This document shows, one piece after another, positions 1 through 10,089 of a stretch of 64,000 bases of DNA (position 1 is the first letter of the stretch; each line of letters opens with the position of its first letter). The notes under the pieces are model-generated. The model had not been told where the DNA came from. It worked only from the letters and a program-made list of their open reading frames with translations, and searched no databases. A program made the translations under genes and the position numbers. Source of the stretch: Pelomicrobium sp. (GTDB taxonomy: Bacteria; Pseudomonadota; Gammaproteobacteria; Burkholderiales; UBA6910); the NCBI RefSeq assembly GCF_036803785.1, contig NZ_DAIRTR010000001.1:8222-72221 (forward strand), in the 5' to 3' direction.

Positions 1-417
1 GAATACTGTGGTGGCATGCAGGATGGCCACGAGTTCTATGCCTACTTGCCCGGCGGAGCCTCCGGCGGAATCCTGCCTGCTTCTCTGGGAGACATTCCCC
101 TCGACTTTGGTACCCTGGAGCCCCACGGCTGCTTCATCGGTTCCATGGCGGTGATCGTGCTCTCGGACAAGGATCGGGCACGGGACGCCGCCCGCAACCT
201 GATGGCTTTTTTCCACGACGAGTCCTGTGGCCAGTGCACCCCCTGCCGTGTGGGCACTGCCAAGGCCCTCGCCCTCCTGGAGAAACCCAAGTGGGACGTG
301 CCGCTGCTAGAGGAGCTGTCCCGGGCCATGATGGACGCCTCCATTTGCGGTTTGGGCCAAGCAGCGCCGAACCCGGTCAAGAGCGTGATCAAGTTCTTTC
401 CCAAGGAAATCGAGTAA
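1..417 (+). CDS. fdsB: NAD-dependent formate dehydrogenase beta subunit (NuoF-like), C-terminal fragment; 5' end is off-window
   Basis: The frame is open from base 1. It carries the NuoF-type 4Fe-4S motif ESCGQCTPCRVGT and lies 70 bp upstream of fdsA. Confidence 0.75.
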   Translation, partial: EYCGGMQDGHEFYAYLPGGASGGILPASLGDIPLDFGTLEPHGCFIGSMAVIVLSDKDRARDAARNLMAFFHDESCGQCTPCRVGTAKALALLEKPKWDVPLLEELSRAMMDASICGLGQAAPNPVKSVIKFFPKEIE

Positions 418-486
418 CGAACCGACTCTGGCCGCACCGCTCCAACGAGTAGATGCGGTGCCAAGCCCTATCGAAGAGGTGAGCCC

Positions 487-3297
487 ATGAAGATGACCGA
501 GCTGGAAGTCCGGCCCGAAGCGATCCGCTTCAAGCTGAACGGGAAGGAGGTCACCGGCTATAGCAACGAGACGATTTTGCAGACGGCCAAGCGCTACGGG
601 ATCGAGATTCCCCACCTGTGCTACAAAGAGGGCCTGCGGCCCGACGGCAACTGCCGTGCCTGCATGGTGGAGATCAAAGGGGAGCGGGTGCTGGCGCCTT
701 CCTGCTGCCGGCGACCTGCGCCCGGCATGGAGGTCACGACCGACAGCGAGCGGGCCCGGCACTCCCAGAGGATGGTGCTGGAACTGCTACTCTCCGACAT
801 GCCGCAAGAGCAATACACCCTCGCCTCCGAGCTCGACCAATGGGCGCGCAAGCTTCAAGTGGGCAAGCCCCGCTTCGCTCCCCGTACCCGGGTGGCGCCG
901 GACCTGTCCCATCCGGCGATGGCGGTGCGGCTCGATGCCTGCATTCAGTGCACTCGCTGCCTGCGTGCCTGCCGCGAGGAGCAAGTGAACGATGTGATCG
1001 GCTACGCGTTCCGTGGCGATCGCTCCAAGATCGTGTTCGACTTCGATGATCCGATGGGTGCGAGCACCTGTGTTGCCTGCGGCGAATGCGTTCAAGCGTG
1101 CCCCACGGGGGCGCTGATGCCGGCCCGGGACGTGGGGCTGCAGCAGGCAGACAAGACCGTGGATTCGGTCTGCCCCTATTGCGGCGTGGGTTGCCTCCTT
1201 ACCTACCACGTGAAGGACAACCGGATCTTGTACGTGACCGGACGGGAGGGCCCCGCAAACCATGGGCGCCTATGCGTGAAAGGGCGCTACGGCTTCGACT
1301 ACGTGCATCACCGGCAGCGCCTGACCAAGCCTCTCATCCGCAAGTCCGGCGTGCCCAAGTCCGCGGACTTCGTGGTGGATCCGGAAAACTGGCGAGATGT
1401 ATTCCGCGAAGCGACCTGGGAGGAGGCGTTGGATCTCGCCGCTGGTAGGTTGCGGGAGATCCGCGACACCCACGGCAAGCATGCCTTGGCCGGGTTCGGT
1501 TCGGCCAAGGGCTCCAACGAAGAAGCCTACTTGTTCCAGAAACTGGTGCGCACGGGCTTCGGCAGCAATAACGTGGACCATTGCACCCGCCTGTGCCATG
1601 CCTCTAGCGTGGCGGCACTCCTGGAGGGCATCGGCAGCGGGGCCGTTTCCAACCAGGTGAGCGACGTGCTGAAAGCCGAGGTGGTCCTGGTGATCGGCGC
1701 CAACCCGACGGTAAACCATCCGGTGGCGGCCACTTGGATCAAGAATGCGGCCAAGCAAGGGGTGAAGCTCATCGTTGCCGACCCGCGCCGCACCGAGCTG
1801 GCCCGCTATGCCACCTACTTTCTTCAGTTCAAGCCCGACACCGATGTGGCCCTCTTGAACGCCATGATGTACACCATCGTCGAAGAGGGGCTGGTGAACG
1901 AGGAGTTCATTCGCAGCCGCACGGAAGGTTTCGAGGCCTTGAAGAAGAACGTCAAGGGCTATAGTCCGGAGAAGATGGCGCCGATCTGCGGCATTCCGGC
2001 CGAGACGATCCGGGAAGTGGCGCGCCTGTACGCCAAGTCCAAGGGCTCCATGATTCTGTGGGGCATGGGCATCTCCCAACACGTGCATGGCACCGACAAT
2101 GCCCGCTGTCTGATCGCCCTCGCCCTGATGACCGGGCAGGTCGGGCGCCCGGGCACGGGGCTGCACCCCCTGCGCGGGCAGAATAACGTGCAGGGCGCCT
2201 CTGATTCGGGCCTGATTCCCATGGTGTTCCCGGATTACCAGCGGGTGGACGACGCGGAGGCCCGGGCGCGCTTCGAGCAGCTCTGGGGAACCCGTCTCGA
2301 TCCTAAGCCTGGGTTGACCGTGGTGGAGATCATGAACGCGATCCTCGCGGGAGAGATCCGCGGCATGTACATCATGGGGGAAAATCCGGCCATGTCCGAC
2401 CCGGACCTCCAGCATGCCAGGGAGGCTTTGGCCAAGCTGGATTGGCTGGTGGTGCAGGACATCTTCCTGACCGAAACGGCCTATCTCGCCGACGTGGTGC
2501 TGCCTGCCTCCGCCTGGCCTGAAAAAACCGGCACCGTAACCAACACCGACCGCATGGTGCAGCTCGGCCGACGTGCCCTGGATCTGCCGGGAGAGGCCCG
2601 CCAGGACCTGTGGATCATCCAGCAGATGGCCAGGCGGCTGGGGCTCGATTGGCGCTATGAAGGTCCGGAAAGCGGCGTGCGGGCGGTATTCGAGGAGATG
2701 CGCCGGGCGATGCCGTCCATTGCCGGCATCACCTGGGAGCGGCTCGAGCGGGAAAGCTCGGTCACTTACCCGTGCGAGAAGGAGGGCGATCCGGGGCAGC
2801 CGGTGGTCTTTATCGACCGCTTCCCCACCAAGACTGGCCGGGGCCGCTTCGTGCCGGCGGACATCATTCCCGCAGCGGAACGCCCAGACCAGGAATACCC
2901 TTGGGTGCTGATTACCGGGCGGCAGCTCGAGCACTGGCACACCGGTGCCATGACCCGGCGGGCGGGAGTGCTAGATGCCATCGAGCCGGAGCCGGTCGCT
3001 TCCTTCCACCCCTTAGATCTGGACGTCCTCGGGGTAAAGCCCGGGGATCTGATCACGGTGGAAACGCGCCGGGGCAGGATTTCCCTCTTTGCCCGGGCAG
3101 AGGAAGCGACGCCCCGGGGAGCGGTGTTCATCCCGTTCTGCTTCTACGAGGCGGCGGCAAATCTGCTCACCAATCCCGCCCTGGATCCGTACGGGAAGAT
3201 TCCTGAGTTCAAGTATTGCGCGGCCAAAGTGCGGCCTGGCGGCGAGGCTCCTCACCACTTGAGCTACGGCGGCGGGCGCTCGCTGGCGATGGCGTGA
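487..3297 (+). CDS. fdsA: NAD-dependent formate dehydrogenase alpha subunit (molybdopterin, Cys-type)
   Basis: 936 aa. N-terminal NuoG-like Fe-S Cys clusters are present (CRACMVEI, CIQCTRCLRAC, CVACGECVQACP, CPYCGVGC), followed by a molybdopterin oxidoreductase core. The Mo-ligand position reads DHCTRLCHASS (Cys), with no in-frame TGA. Confidence 0.9.
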   Translation: MKMTELEVRPEAIRFKLNGKEVTGYSNETILQTAKRYGIEIPHLCYKEGLRPDGNCRACMVEIKGERVLAPSCCRRPAPGMEVTTDSERARHSQRMVLELLLSDMPQEQYTLASELDQWARKLQVGKPRFAPRTRVAPDLSHPAMAVRLDACIQCTRCLRACREEQVNDVIGYAFRGDRSKIVFDFDDPMGASTCVACGECVQACPTGALMPARDVGLQQADKTVDSVCPYCGVGCLLTYHVKDNRILYVTGREGPANHGRLCVKGRYGFDYVHHRQRLTKPLIRKSGVPKSADFVVDPENWRDVFREATWEEALDLAAGRLREIRDTHGKHALAGFGSAKGSNEEAYLFQKLVRTGFGSNNVDHCTRLCHASSVAALLEGIGSGAVSNQVSDVLKAEVVLVIGANPTVNHPVAATWIKNAAKQGVKLIVADPRRTELARYATYFLQFKPDTDVALLNAMMYTIVEEGLVNEEFIRSRTEGFEALKKNVKGYSPEKMAPICGIPAETIREVARLYAKSKGSMILWGMGISQHVHGTDNARCLIALALMTGQVGRPGTGLHPLRGQNNVQGASDSGLIPMVFPDYQRVDDAEARARFEQLWGTRLDPKPGLTVVEIMNAILAGEIRGMYIMGENPAMSDPDLQHAREALAKLDWLVVQDIFLTETAYLADVVLPASAWPEKTGTVTNTDRMVQLGRRALDLPGEARQDLWIIQQMARRLGLDWRYEGPESGVRAVFEEMRRAMPSIAGITWERLERESSVTYPCEKEGDPGQPVVFIDRFPTKTGRGRFVPADIIPAAERPDQEYPWVLITGRQLEHWHTGAMTRRAGVLDAIEPEPVASFHPLDLDVLGVKPGDLITVETRRGRISLFARAEEATPRGAVFIPFCFYEAAANLLTNPALDPYGKIPEFKYCAAKVRPGGEAPHHLSYGGGRSLAMA

Positions 3298-3419
3298 CAT
3301 GGGTCGAGCTTACGCTGATGGTCAGCAGGCGCTTGACCGCTGACCCCTTGTCTGTTCCGCGAGGGAAGACACGGGCCAAGGCCGCTTCTGTCTTCGGTGG
3401 GGGAGAAGGGGTTTCACTC

Positions 3420-3433
3420 TTGACTCTGGTCAA
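3420..3433. promoter_or_regulatory. Crp/Fnr-family type palindrome TTGACTCTGGTCAA upstream of fhs
   Basis: Perfect TTGAC-N4-GTCAA inverted repeat in the 260-bp fdsA-fhs spacer, centred about 131 bp upstream of the fhs ATG. The same core recurs at 6517 and 11737. Confidence 0.5.
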
Positions 3434-3557
3434 TGCCAGGACTCGGCCGACTGACTAAATTCCCGGCCATTCTCGTGGGCCCGCCGGTTGGCCGAGCGAA
3501 TCGTCGATCAAGCGGGGTGCGGGCCCGCAACCAGCTTGAGGAAAAGGGGAAAAGAAC

Positions 3558-5231
3558 ATGCTCAGCGACATCGAAATCGCGCAACGCGCCAAGATGAAGC
3601 GCATCAGAGAGGTAGCGGAGGGGCTGGGGATTCCCGAGGACGCTCTGGAGCCCTATGGGCATTACAAGGCGAAGGTGTCGCTCGAGTGGGTAGACAGCCT
3701 CAAATCGCGCCGCGACGGCAAGCTCATCCTGGTGACTGCGATCAGTCCCACTCCTGCGGGGGAGGGCAAGACCACCACCACGGTGGGGCTGGGCGATGCC
3801 CTGAACCGCATCGGCAAGAAAGCGATCATCTGCCTGAGGGAGCCTTCTTTAGGGCCGGTGTTTGGCGTGAAAGGGGGAGCGGCGGGGGGCGGCTATGCCC
3901 AGGTGGTGCCCATGGAGGACATCAACCTGCACTTTACCGGTGACTTCAACGCCATTGCCCTGGCGAACAATCTGCTGGCGGCGATGGTGGACAACCACGT
4001 TCACCACGGCAACGAGCTGGGCATCGACGTGCGGCGCATTACCTGGAAGCGGGTGATGGACATGAACGACCGGGCGCTGCGCGACATCGTGGTCTCCCTG
4101 GGAGGGCCGGGCAATGGCTACCCACGGGAAGACGGCTTCGACATCGTGGTTGCCTCCGAGGTCATGGCCATTTTCTGCCTGGCCACCAGTCTCAAGGACC
4201 TGAAGGAGCGGCTGGGCAACATCGTGGTGGGTTATACGCGGGAGCAGAAACCGGTGCGGGCGCGCGACCTCAAGGCCCATGGCGCCATGACCGTGCTGCT
4301 CAAGGACGCCTTGAAGCCCAACTTGGTGCAGACCCTGGAGAACAACCCGGCCTTCATCCACGGAGGGCCCTTTGCCAACATCGCCCACGGCTGCAACTCC
4401 GTCATTGCCACGCAAACGGCGCTAAAGCTTGCCGACTACGTGGTTACCGAAGCCGGTTTCGGCGCCGATCTGGGTGCGGAGAAGTTCATCGACATCAAGT
4501 GCCGCAAAAGTGGCCTGCGGCCCGATGCGGTGGTGATTGTGGCCACCATCCGGGCGCTCAAATACCATGGCGGGGCGGACCTGAAGAGCCTCAACCAGGA
4601 GAACTTGGCGGCGCTCGAGAAGGGCATTGCCAACCTGGAGCGGCACGTAAACAACGTGCGCAACCACTACGGGCTGCCGTGTGTAGTGTCGATCAACCAC
4701 TTCAGCCACGACACCCCGGCCGAGATTGAGTTGCTCAGGAAAAAGATGGCCCATCACGAGGCCCCGGTCGTGGTGGCGCGTCACTGGGCGGAAGGGGGCA
4801 AGGGGGCGGAAGAGGTAGCGCGTACCGTAGTGGAGCTGATTGAGACCACACCTGCCAACTTCAAGTTCGTCTATCCTGACACGGCCACCCTGTGGGAGAA
4901 GATCCAGACGGTGGCGCGCAACATCTATGGGGCGGCCGACGTCACGGCCGACTCCAAGGTGCGGGCCCAGATCAAGAAGCTGCAGGAAGATGGCTACGGC
5001 CATTACCCGATCTGCGTGGCCAAGACCCAGTACTCCTTTTCCACCGATCCCCAGTTGCGTGGCGCCCCCTCTGGGCACGTGATCAACGTCCGGGAAGTGC
5101 GCCTTGCGGCCGGGGCGGAGTTCATCGTCATGATCTGCGGCGATATCATGACCATGCCGGGGCTACCCAAGGTACCCTCGGCCGAAAAGATCGACTTGGA
5201 CGAAAACGGCAAAGTGGTGGGATTGTTCTGA
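3558..5231 (+). CDS. fhs: Formate--tetrahydrofolate ligase
   Basis: 557 aa. It has the P-loop region [15 protein letters not shown] and an overall FTHFS-type sequence through to the C-terminus. An AG-rich RBS precedes the ATG. Confidence 0.95.
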   Translation: MLSDIEIAQRAKMKRIREVAEGLGIPEDALEPYGHYKAKVSLEWVDSLKSRRDGKLILVTAISPTPAGEGKTTTTVGLGDALNRIGKKAIICLREPSLGPVFGVKGGAAGGGYAQVVPMEDINLHFTGDFNAIALANNLLAAMVDNHVHHGNELGIDVRRITWKRVMDMNDRALRDIVVSLGGPGNGYPREDGFDIVVASEVMAIFCLATSLKDLKERLGNIVVGYTREQKPVRARDLKAHGAMTVLLKDALKPNLVQTLENNPAFIHGGPFANIAHGCNSVIATQTALKLADYVVTEAGFGADLGAEKFIDIKCRKSGLRPDAVVIVATIRALKYHGGADLKSLNQENLAALEKGIANLERHVNNVRNHYGLPCVVSINHFSHDTPAEIELLRKKMAHHEAPVVVARHWAEGGKGAEEVARTVVELIETTPANFKFVYPDTATLWEKIQTVARNIYGAADVTADSKVRAQIKKLQEDGYGHYPICVAKTQYSFSTDPQLRGAPSGHVINVREVRLAAGAEFIVMICGDIMTMPGLPKVPSAEKIDLDENGKVVGLF

Positions 5232-5308
5232 TCGGCTTCGTGTTAGCCGCGGGAGGGACAAGACGCTAAGAACGCCGCGGGGACCAGCCGTCTTACGGAG
5301 GAGGATCA

Positions 5309-6037
5309 ATGGAGTTCGGAAGCCCGGAATTCTGGATCGCCGTCCTGCAGATCATCGCCATCGATATCTTGCTGGGCGGCGACAACGCGGTAGTCATTGC
5401 CCTGGCGTGCCGGAAGCTGCCGCCCCGCCAGCGCAAGCTCGGCATTTTCTGGGGGGTTTTCGGCGCCATTGCCTTACGCGTCATTCTGATTTTCTTCGCC
5501 CTCACGCTCCTCAAGATCCCGTTCCTCAAGCTGGTGGGTGCCGCTCTGCTGCTGTGGATCGGCATCAAGCTCGTGCTTCCCGAGCGGGAAGAAGGTGCTC
5601 ACGAAATCGATGCCAGTACCAACTTGATGGGCGCCATCAAGACCATCATCGTGGCTGACGCGGTCATGAGCTTGGACAACGTGATCGCGATCGCTGCTGC
5701 TTCCAAGGACAGCATCGCTTTGGTGGTCTTCGGCCTGGTGGTGAGCATCCCCATCATCGTTTTCGGCAGCCAACTGGTGTTGAAGCTCATGGACCGCTTC
5801 CCTATCGTTATTCTAGGCGGAGGTGCGCTTCTGGGCTGGATCGCGGGCGATATGGCGGTCTCGGACGTAGCGATCAAGGAGTGGGTCGAACAAAACATGG
5901 CGGGATACCAGTGGGCGGTCGCGGTGGCGGGAGCAGTCCTCGTGATCCTGGTGGGTAAGCTCCTCGCCATGAGGGCGGCGGCGGAACCTGTCGTGGATCT
6001 CGCCAGCCGGCCTGCCGATCCCCCAGAGACGAGATGA
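5309..6037 (+). CDS. TerC/YjbE-family integral membrane protein
   Basis: 242 aa and multi-TM, with the characteristic DILLGGDNAVVIAL and SLDNVIAIAA repeats of TerC-family proteins. Confidence 0.8.
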   Translation: MEFGSPEFWIAVLQIIAIDILLGGDNAVVIALACRKLPPRQRKLGIFWGVFGAIALRVILIFFALTLLKIPFLKLVGAALLLWIGIKLVLPEREEGAHEIDASTNLMGAIKTIIVADAVMSLDNVIAIAAASKDSIALVVFGLVVSIPIIVFGSQLVLKLMDRFPIVILGGGALLGWIAGDMAVSDVAIKEWVEQNMAGYQWAVAVAGAVLVILVGKLLAMRAAAEPVVDLASRPADPPETR

Positions 6038-6480
6038 ACGGGAGCACGCACATGCCCAAACTGCTAGTGCCGGTGGATGGCTCGGAGAATTCCCTCCGAG
6101 CGGTGGATTTCGTGATCAAGAAGGCGGGTTGGTACCGGGAGCCTGTGGAGATTCATCTGCTCAACGTGCAACCGCCCATCGTGTCTGGCAATGTGACCAT
6201 GTTCATCAGCCAGGACCAGCTCAACGACTACTATCAAGAGGAAGGCCTCAAGGCCCTGGCGTCGGCGCGGGCAAAGCTCGACGCAGCTCGGGTGCCCTAC
6301 AAGCACCATATCCTCGTGGGGGATCCCGCCGAGATGATCACCCGCTTCGCGCGGGAGCGGGGTTGTGACCAGATCCTGATGGGTACTCGGGGCCTAGGCG
6401 CTATTGGCAGTCTCTTGCTGGGATCGGTGGCCACCAAGGTGATCCACTTGGCGGACGTGCCGGTGTTGCTGGTGAAATGA
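6034..6480 (+). CDS. Universal stress protein (UspA family)
   Basis: 148 aa. It starts KLLVPVDGSENS and ends GTRGLGAIGSLLLGSVATKVIHLADVPVLLVK. It overlaps the terC-like stop by 4 nt. Confidence 0.8.
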   Translation: MNGSTHMPKLLVPVDGSENSLRAVDFVIKKAGWYREPVEIHLLNVQPPIVSGNVTMFISQDQLNDYYQEEGLKALASARAKLDAARVPYKHHILVGDPAEMITRFARERGCDQILMGTRGLGAIGSLLLGSVATKVIHLADVPVLLVK

Positions 6481-6516
6481 GGTCTGGGTTTATTGCGCCG
6501 CAGCAAGAAAAAGTCC

Positions 6517-6530
6517 TTGACTGCGGTCAA
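6517..6530. promoter_or_regulatory. Crp/Fnr-family type palindrome TTGACTGCGGTCAA upstream of tctC
   Basis: Perfect TTGAC-N4-GTCAA in the usp-tctC spacer, about 160 bp upstream of the tctC ATG at 6683. Confidence 0.5.
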
Positions 6531-6682
6531 GAAGAGGGGCGGCACCCGGTTGCAACCAGCGGGGGGCTCCTCTACTCTACGCAGGCTGTGCCTGAGCGGG
6601 CATAGATAAGCGCCCGATGCCGTCGGCCGAGGTGGCGGGTCGGGGTCGGACCTTTCCAGTGGGATCTACGAGGAGGAAACGC

Positions 6683-7708
6683 ATGAAACCAACAATGTCA
6701 AGGGTAGGGTGGGCCGCGAAGGTGGGAGTGATCGGTGGTCTTTTCGGTTTCCTGGCGGCCTCCCCTCTCGTGGCGACGGCGGCTTGGGAGCCCACCAAGC
6801 CGGTGGAATTCATCATCCCGGCCGGCACCGGCGGAGGCGCGGACCAGATGGCGCGCTTCATTCAAGGGATCGTGGCCAAGCACAAGCTGATGAAGCAGCC
6901 CATGGTGGTCATTAACAAGGCGGGCGGCGCGGGGGCCGAGGGATTCCTGGACGTGAAGGGCGACAAGGGCAACCCCCACAAGATCATCATCACCCTATCC
7001 AACCTGTTCACCACGCCCCTAGCGACCGGGGTACCGTTCAATTGGAAAGACCTCACCCCCGTGGCCATGCTAGCGCTCGATGAGTTCGTGCTGTGGGTCA
7101 ATGCAGAGACCCCGTACAAGACGGCCATGGAATACATTGAGGACTGCAAGAAAAGAGGGCCGGGCCAGTGCAAGATGGGGGGTACCGGCTCCAAGCAGGA
7201 AGATCAGATCATCACGGTGGGTATCGAGCAGGCAACTGGGGTGAAGTTCACCTACGTGCCTTTCAAGGGCGGTGGTGACGTGGCCGTTCAGCTCGTGGGC
7301 AAGCACGTGGATTCTACGGTCAACAATCCCATCGAGGCCGTAGGCCACTGGCGCAGTGGCAAGCTGCGCCCGCTGTGCGTGTTCGACACCCAGCGCATGC
7401 CTTACAAAGACAAGGTGACCACGGACATGGCCTGGGCCGACATCCCCACCTGCAAGGAACAGGGGTTGAACATCGATTACCTGATGTTGCGCGGCATCTT
7501 CATGCCGGCGGGGGTTACCCCGGAGCAGGTCAACTATTACGTGGAGCTGTTCAAGAAGGTGCGGGAGACGCCCGACTGGAAGGACTTCATGGAAAAAGGC
7601 GCCTTCAACCAGAGCTTCATGACCGGGGAAGAGTATCGCAAGTGGGTGGAGCAGGCCGAAGCCCGGCATAAGGAGCTGATGCAGAAAGCGGGTTTCTTGG
7701 CGAAGTAA
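6683..7708 (+). CDS. tctC: Tripartite tricarboxylate transporter (TTT) periplasmic substrate-binding protein (Bug/TctC family)
   Basis: The ATG at 6683 follows the RBS GAGGAGGA. A signal peptide is present (MKPTMSRVGWAAKVGVIGGLFGFLAASPLVATA). The Bug-family core includes FIIPAGTGGGADQMAR. The ORF-track start at 6617 is probably an upstream extension. Confidence 0.8.
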   Translation: MKPTMSRVGWAAKVGVIGGLFGFLAASPLVATAAWEPTKPVEFIIPAGTGGGADQMARFIQGIVAKHKLMKQPMVVINKAGGAGAEGFLDVKGDKGNPHKIIITLSNLFTTPLATGVPFNWKDLTPVAMLALDEFVLWVNAETPYKTAMEYIEDCKKRGPGQCKMGGTGSKQEDQIITVGIEQATGVKFTYVPFKGGGDVAVQLVGKHVDSTVNNPIEAVGHWRSGKLRPLCVFDTQRMPYKDKVTTDMAWADIPTCKEQGLNIDYLMLRGIFMPAGVTPEQVNYYVELFKKVRETPDWKDFMEKGAFNQSFMTGEEYRKWVEQAEARHKELMQKAGFLAK

Positions 7709-7899
7709 TCCACAAGTCCGGGGTTGCAGCATGACCCTCCTTTCTTGAATCGGCGGGCGTGGAGCGGGGCGAGGAACTCAGTCCTCTCCTCCACTCCTCC
7801 CCGCCGGTACTCCCACAATACGTCTAGGTGACGAGCGAAGAATCGACCGCCGGGGGCGGTCACGGGTGAGATTCATGCCTGAATTCTGGAGCACACACC

Positions 7900-8418
7900 A
7901 TGGAACACGGTGAAGAATCGCAAGCGAAGGCGGGGAAGAGTTGTTCGGTCTGCGTGGTGGACGCCGTGACGGCAGTGATCCTCATGCTCGTTGGGGCCCT
8001 TGTCATGTACGACAGCCACCGGATCGGCGCTTCTTGGTCTCCTGAAGTGGGCCCGCAAGCCGGCTATTTTCCCTTCTATATAGGGCTGCTCATTTTCGTC
8101 TGCAGTGCCGTGACCTTATATCAGGCCACCCTGTCCAAAAACCGCGATCGCTCCGTGTTCGTGGATTGGAGCCAGTTCAAACGGGTGCTTCAAGTGCTGG
8201 TTCCATCCATCATTTACGCCGTCGGCGTCAGTACGATCGGCATTTACGTGTCCTCCACCCTTTTTATCGCCGGCTTCATGCTCTTGCTCGGCAAGTACAA
8301 AATTTTGCCGACGCTGCTGGTGAGTGTGGGTGTGTCGGTGGTGATGTTCTGGATGTTCGAGATCCAATTCCTCATTCCGCTGCCGAAGGGCCCGCTGGAG
8401 GCCTGGCTCGGCTACTGA
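7900..8418 (+). CDS. tctB: TTT transporter small membrane subunit (TctB family)
   Basis: 172 aa with 4 predicted TM helices, positioned between tctC and tctA. Confidence 0.65.
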   Translation: MEHGEESQAKAGKSCSVCVVDAVTAVILMLVGALVMYDSHRIGASWSPEVGPQAGYFPFYIGLLIFVCSAVTLYQATLSKNRDRSVFVDWSQFKRVLQVLVPSIIYAVGVSTIGIYVSSTLFIAGFMLLLGKYKILPTLLVSVGVSVVMFWMFEIQFLIPLPKGPLEAWLGY

Positions 8419-8468
8419 ATGACCAACGGTGAGAAAGGTGCAAAAGCGCGGGTCGAGGGGAGGCTGAA

Positions 8469-10001
8469 GTGGAAGAGATCGCTGCACTGTTTCATGGTTT
8501 CGCTATAGTGCTCACCCCGCACAACTTCATGCTCATGATGCTGGGCGTGGTGCTGGGGGTCATCATCGGCGTGCTGCCAGGCTTGGGAGGGGCAAACGGC
8601 ATTGCGATCCTATTGCCACTTACCTTTTCCATGGATCCCACGTCCGCCATCATCATGCTCTCCTGCATTTACTGGGGGGCGCTTTTCGGTGGGGCCATCA
8701 CCTCGATTCTGTTTAACATCCCGGGCGAGCCTTGGTCGGTCGCGACCACCTTTGACGGCTACCCCTTGGCCCAGCAAGGGCGCGCCGGGGAAGCGTTGAC
8801 CGCCGCCTTCACCTCTTCGTTCATCGGCGCCTTCGTGGCGGTCATCATTATCACCTTCCTGGCGCCCTTGGTGGCGGATTTCGCCCTGGAGTTTGGCCCG
8901 CCCGAGTTCTTCTCTGTGTATTTGCTCACCTTTTGTAGCTTTGTCGGCATGGGCAAGGGCTCGCCGTTCAAGATCATCGCCTCCATGATGCTGGGCTTTG
9001 CCCTGGCGGCGGTCGGCATCGACACGGTGACCGGGCAACTGCGCCTCACTTTCGGCATCACGGAGCTGCTGAAGGGCTTTGACTTCCTGGTAGCGGTGAT
9101 CGGCCTGTTCGGCATCGGTGAGATCCTGCTCACCATGGAAGAGGGCCTCGAGTTTCGCTCTGCCGCCAAAGGCAAGATCAATCTCAAGGTGGTGCTGGAG
9201 ACGTGGGCCAAACTGCCCAGGTACTGGGTCACCGCGATCCGTGGCTCACTGATCGGCTGCTGGCTGGGTATCACCCCGGGCGGGGCGACACCGGCCTCGT
9301 TCATGAGCTACGGGGTCGCCAAGCGCATGTCCAAGGACGGGGACAAGTTCGGCACTGGCCAGATCGAGGGCATCGTTGCCCCCGAGACGGCGGCCCACGC
9401 GGCGGGCACCAGCGCTCTGCTGCCCATGATTTCCCTAGGTATCCCGGGATCGCCCACGGCAGCGGTGCTACTGGGTGGGCTGCTCATTTGGGGCCTGCAG
9501 CCGGGTCCACTCCTTTTTGTGGAGAAGGCGGATTTCGTCTGGGGGCTCATCGCCGCCATGTACCTGGGCAACATCGCGGGGTTGATCGTGGTGCTCACTT
9601 GCGTGCCGCTTTTTGCCGCGATCCTGCGCATTCCCTTCGCAGTGATCGCTCCGGTGATTATTGTCATCTGCGCCGTGGGTGCTTACACCGTGGCCAATGC
9701 CCAGGTGGACATCTGGTATATGATCGCCTTTGGCTTCATCGGCTACGTGTTTAAGAAGCTGGACTACCCCCTCGCCCCATTGGTCCTCGCCATCGTTCTG
9801 GGGGACCGGGCGGAAGACGCTTTCCGCCAGTCGATGCTGGTAGCCCAGGGAGACCTCACAATACTCTGGTCCAACTGGCTAGTGGGGAGCATCACCACCC
9901 TGGCCCTCGTCATGCTCTTCTGGCCGCTCATCTCCAAGGGGCTTAAGAGGATCCGCTCCGGCCGGGTCGATACCCAGCAGGAGCAGCGGCCGGTGGAGTG
10001 A
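8469..10001 (+). CDS. tctA: TTT transporter large permease subunit (TctA family)
   Basis: 510 aa polytopic membrane protein with a typical TctA N-terminus (GVLPGLGGANGIAILLPLTF). It has a GTG start. Confidence 0.85.
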   Translation: MEEIAALFHGFAIVLTPHNFMLMMLGVVLGVIIGVLPGLGGANGIAILLPLTFSMDPTSAIIMLSCIYWGALFGGAITSILFNIPGEPWSVATTFDGYPLAQQGRAGEALTAAFTSSFIGAFVAVIIITFLAPLVADFALEFGPPEFFSVYLLTFCSFVGMGKGSPFKIIASMMLGFALAAVGIDTVTGQLRLTFGITELLKGFDFLVAVIGLFGIGEILLTMEEGLEFRSAAKGKINLKVVLETWAKLPRYWVTAIRGSLIGCWLGITPGGATPASFMSYGVAKRMSKDGDKFGTGQIEGIVAPETAAHAAGTSALLPMISLGIPGSPTAAVLLGGLLIWGLQPGPLLFVEKADFVWGLIAAMYLGNIAGLIVVLTCVPLFAAILRIPFAVIAPVIIVICAVGAYTVANAQVDIWYMIAFGFIGYVFKKLDYPLAPLVLAIVLGDRAEDAFRQSMLVAQGDLTILWSNWLVGSITTLALVMLFWPLISKGLKRIRSGRVDTQQEQRPVE

Positions 10002-10089
10002 GCTGAATGACAGAGGGCGGGGCAATCGTTACCATAGGGGAAAGGCTAGCCATTTTCGGACGACCGGGTCTGGACGGAGGGTTAGAACG

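Noticed and set aside
1560-1620. Selenocysteine-type formate dehydrogenase
   Set aside because: The Mo-ligand position reads DHCTRLCHASS with Cys. There is no in-frame TGA and no SECIS-like context.
1270-2940. 556-aa minus-strand ORF inside fdsA. Similar long antisense or out-of-frame ORFs occur at 36262-38304(+), 40953-42053(-), 44762-45691(-), 44911-45984(+), 50011-51246(-), 53829-55130(-) and 61796-63112(-).
   Set aside because: These are shadow ORFs typical of high-G+C DNA. They fully overlap genes with strong family motifs. Their translations are Arg/Gly/Pro/His-rich low-complexity sequence without recognisable domains or RBS.
3298-3557. Possible ZTP (pfl) or THF riboswitch in the 260-bp leader of fhs
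   Set aside because: fhs is a common ZTP-riboswitch target and the leader has hairpins. However, I could not find the conserved ACUGGCG and CCGCCUGGGC pseudoknot elements. The spacer is better explained by the Crp/Fnr-type palindrome. A covariance-model scan (Rfam RF01750, RF01831) would settle it.
5232-5308. yybP-ykoY (Mn) riboswitch upstream of the TerC-family gene
   Set aside because: The spacer is only 77 bp and lacks the conserved four-way-junction sequence elements.
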